The translations under genes and the position numbers were made by a program. Shown piece by piece: positions 63,897 through 64,000 of a stretch of 64,000 nucleotides of DNA. Below the pieces are notes generated by a model. It saw only the letters and a program-made list of their open reading frames with translations, was not told the DNA's origin and searched no databases. The stretch is from Lama glama (Eukaryota). The first letter of the stretch is position 1. Every line of letters starts with the position of its first letter. The DNA lies in contig CM052832.1 in assembly GCA_028534125.1 (NCBI GenBank), positions 9,612,001 through 9,676,000 on the forward strand, read 5' to 3'.

Positions 63897-64000
63897 TTAA
63901 AAGCCCTCATTGGATGCTTATAAAATGATGGATGGACTGGTGGACCCATTGACTGCTTGGATGACCTGCCACTGTGTGTTTCTATGGGGGACAGACCAAG

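Noticed and set aside
1..64000. A novel multi-gene system, CRISPR array or RNA gene cluster
   Set aside because: The window is explained by a known mammalian locus plus interspersed repeats; no repeat-spacer array, rRNA, snRNA or snoRNA was recognised.

Overview
Mammalian genomic DNA, very probably a camelid (alpaca/llama/camel), judged from tRNA-derived Vic-1-type SINEs. The window matches the C6orf132-TAF8-CCND3 locus. The last coding exon and 3' UTR of the C6orf132 orthologue lie on + (530-647). The complete 9-exon TAF8 CDS lies on - (36220 to 19151; 933 nt, 310 aa; all junctions GT-AG and in phase). A CpG-island bidirectional promoter sits at about 35.8-37.7 kb, with a probable non-coding distal first exon of CCND3 on +; the rest of the window would be that isoform's long first intron. 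Between C6orf132 and TAF8 are a 500-N gap, a non-coding ERV1-class proviral remnant (degenerate Arg PBS, non-matching LTR-like ends) and a solo LTR containing an L1 that contains a SINE. The rest is ordinary old repeats (MIR, L2, L3, L1M, MLT1, hAT, Tigger). I found no convincing new biological system. The best leads are modest: alternative TAF8 3' ends, an intact-looking LTR promoter facing TAF8, a possibly chimeric ERV, and several regulatory motif clusters. Gene and repeat-family names come from recall of known sequences, not a database search; old-repeat boundaries are approximate.
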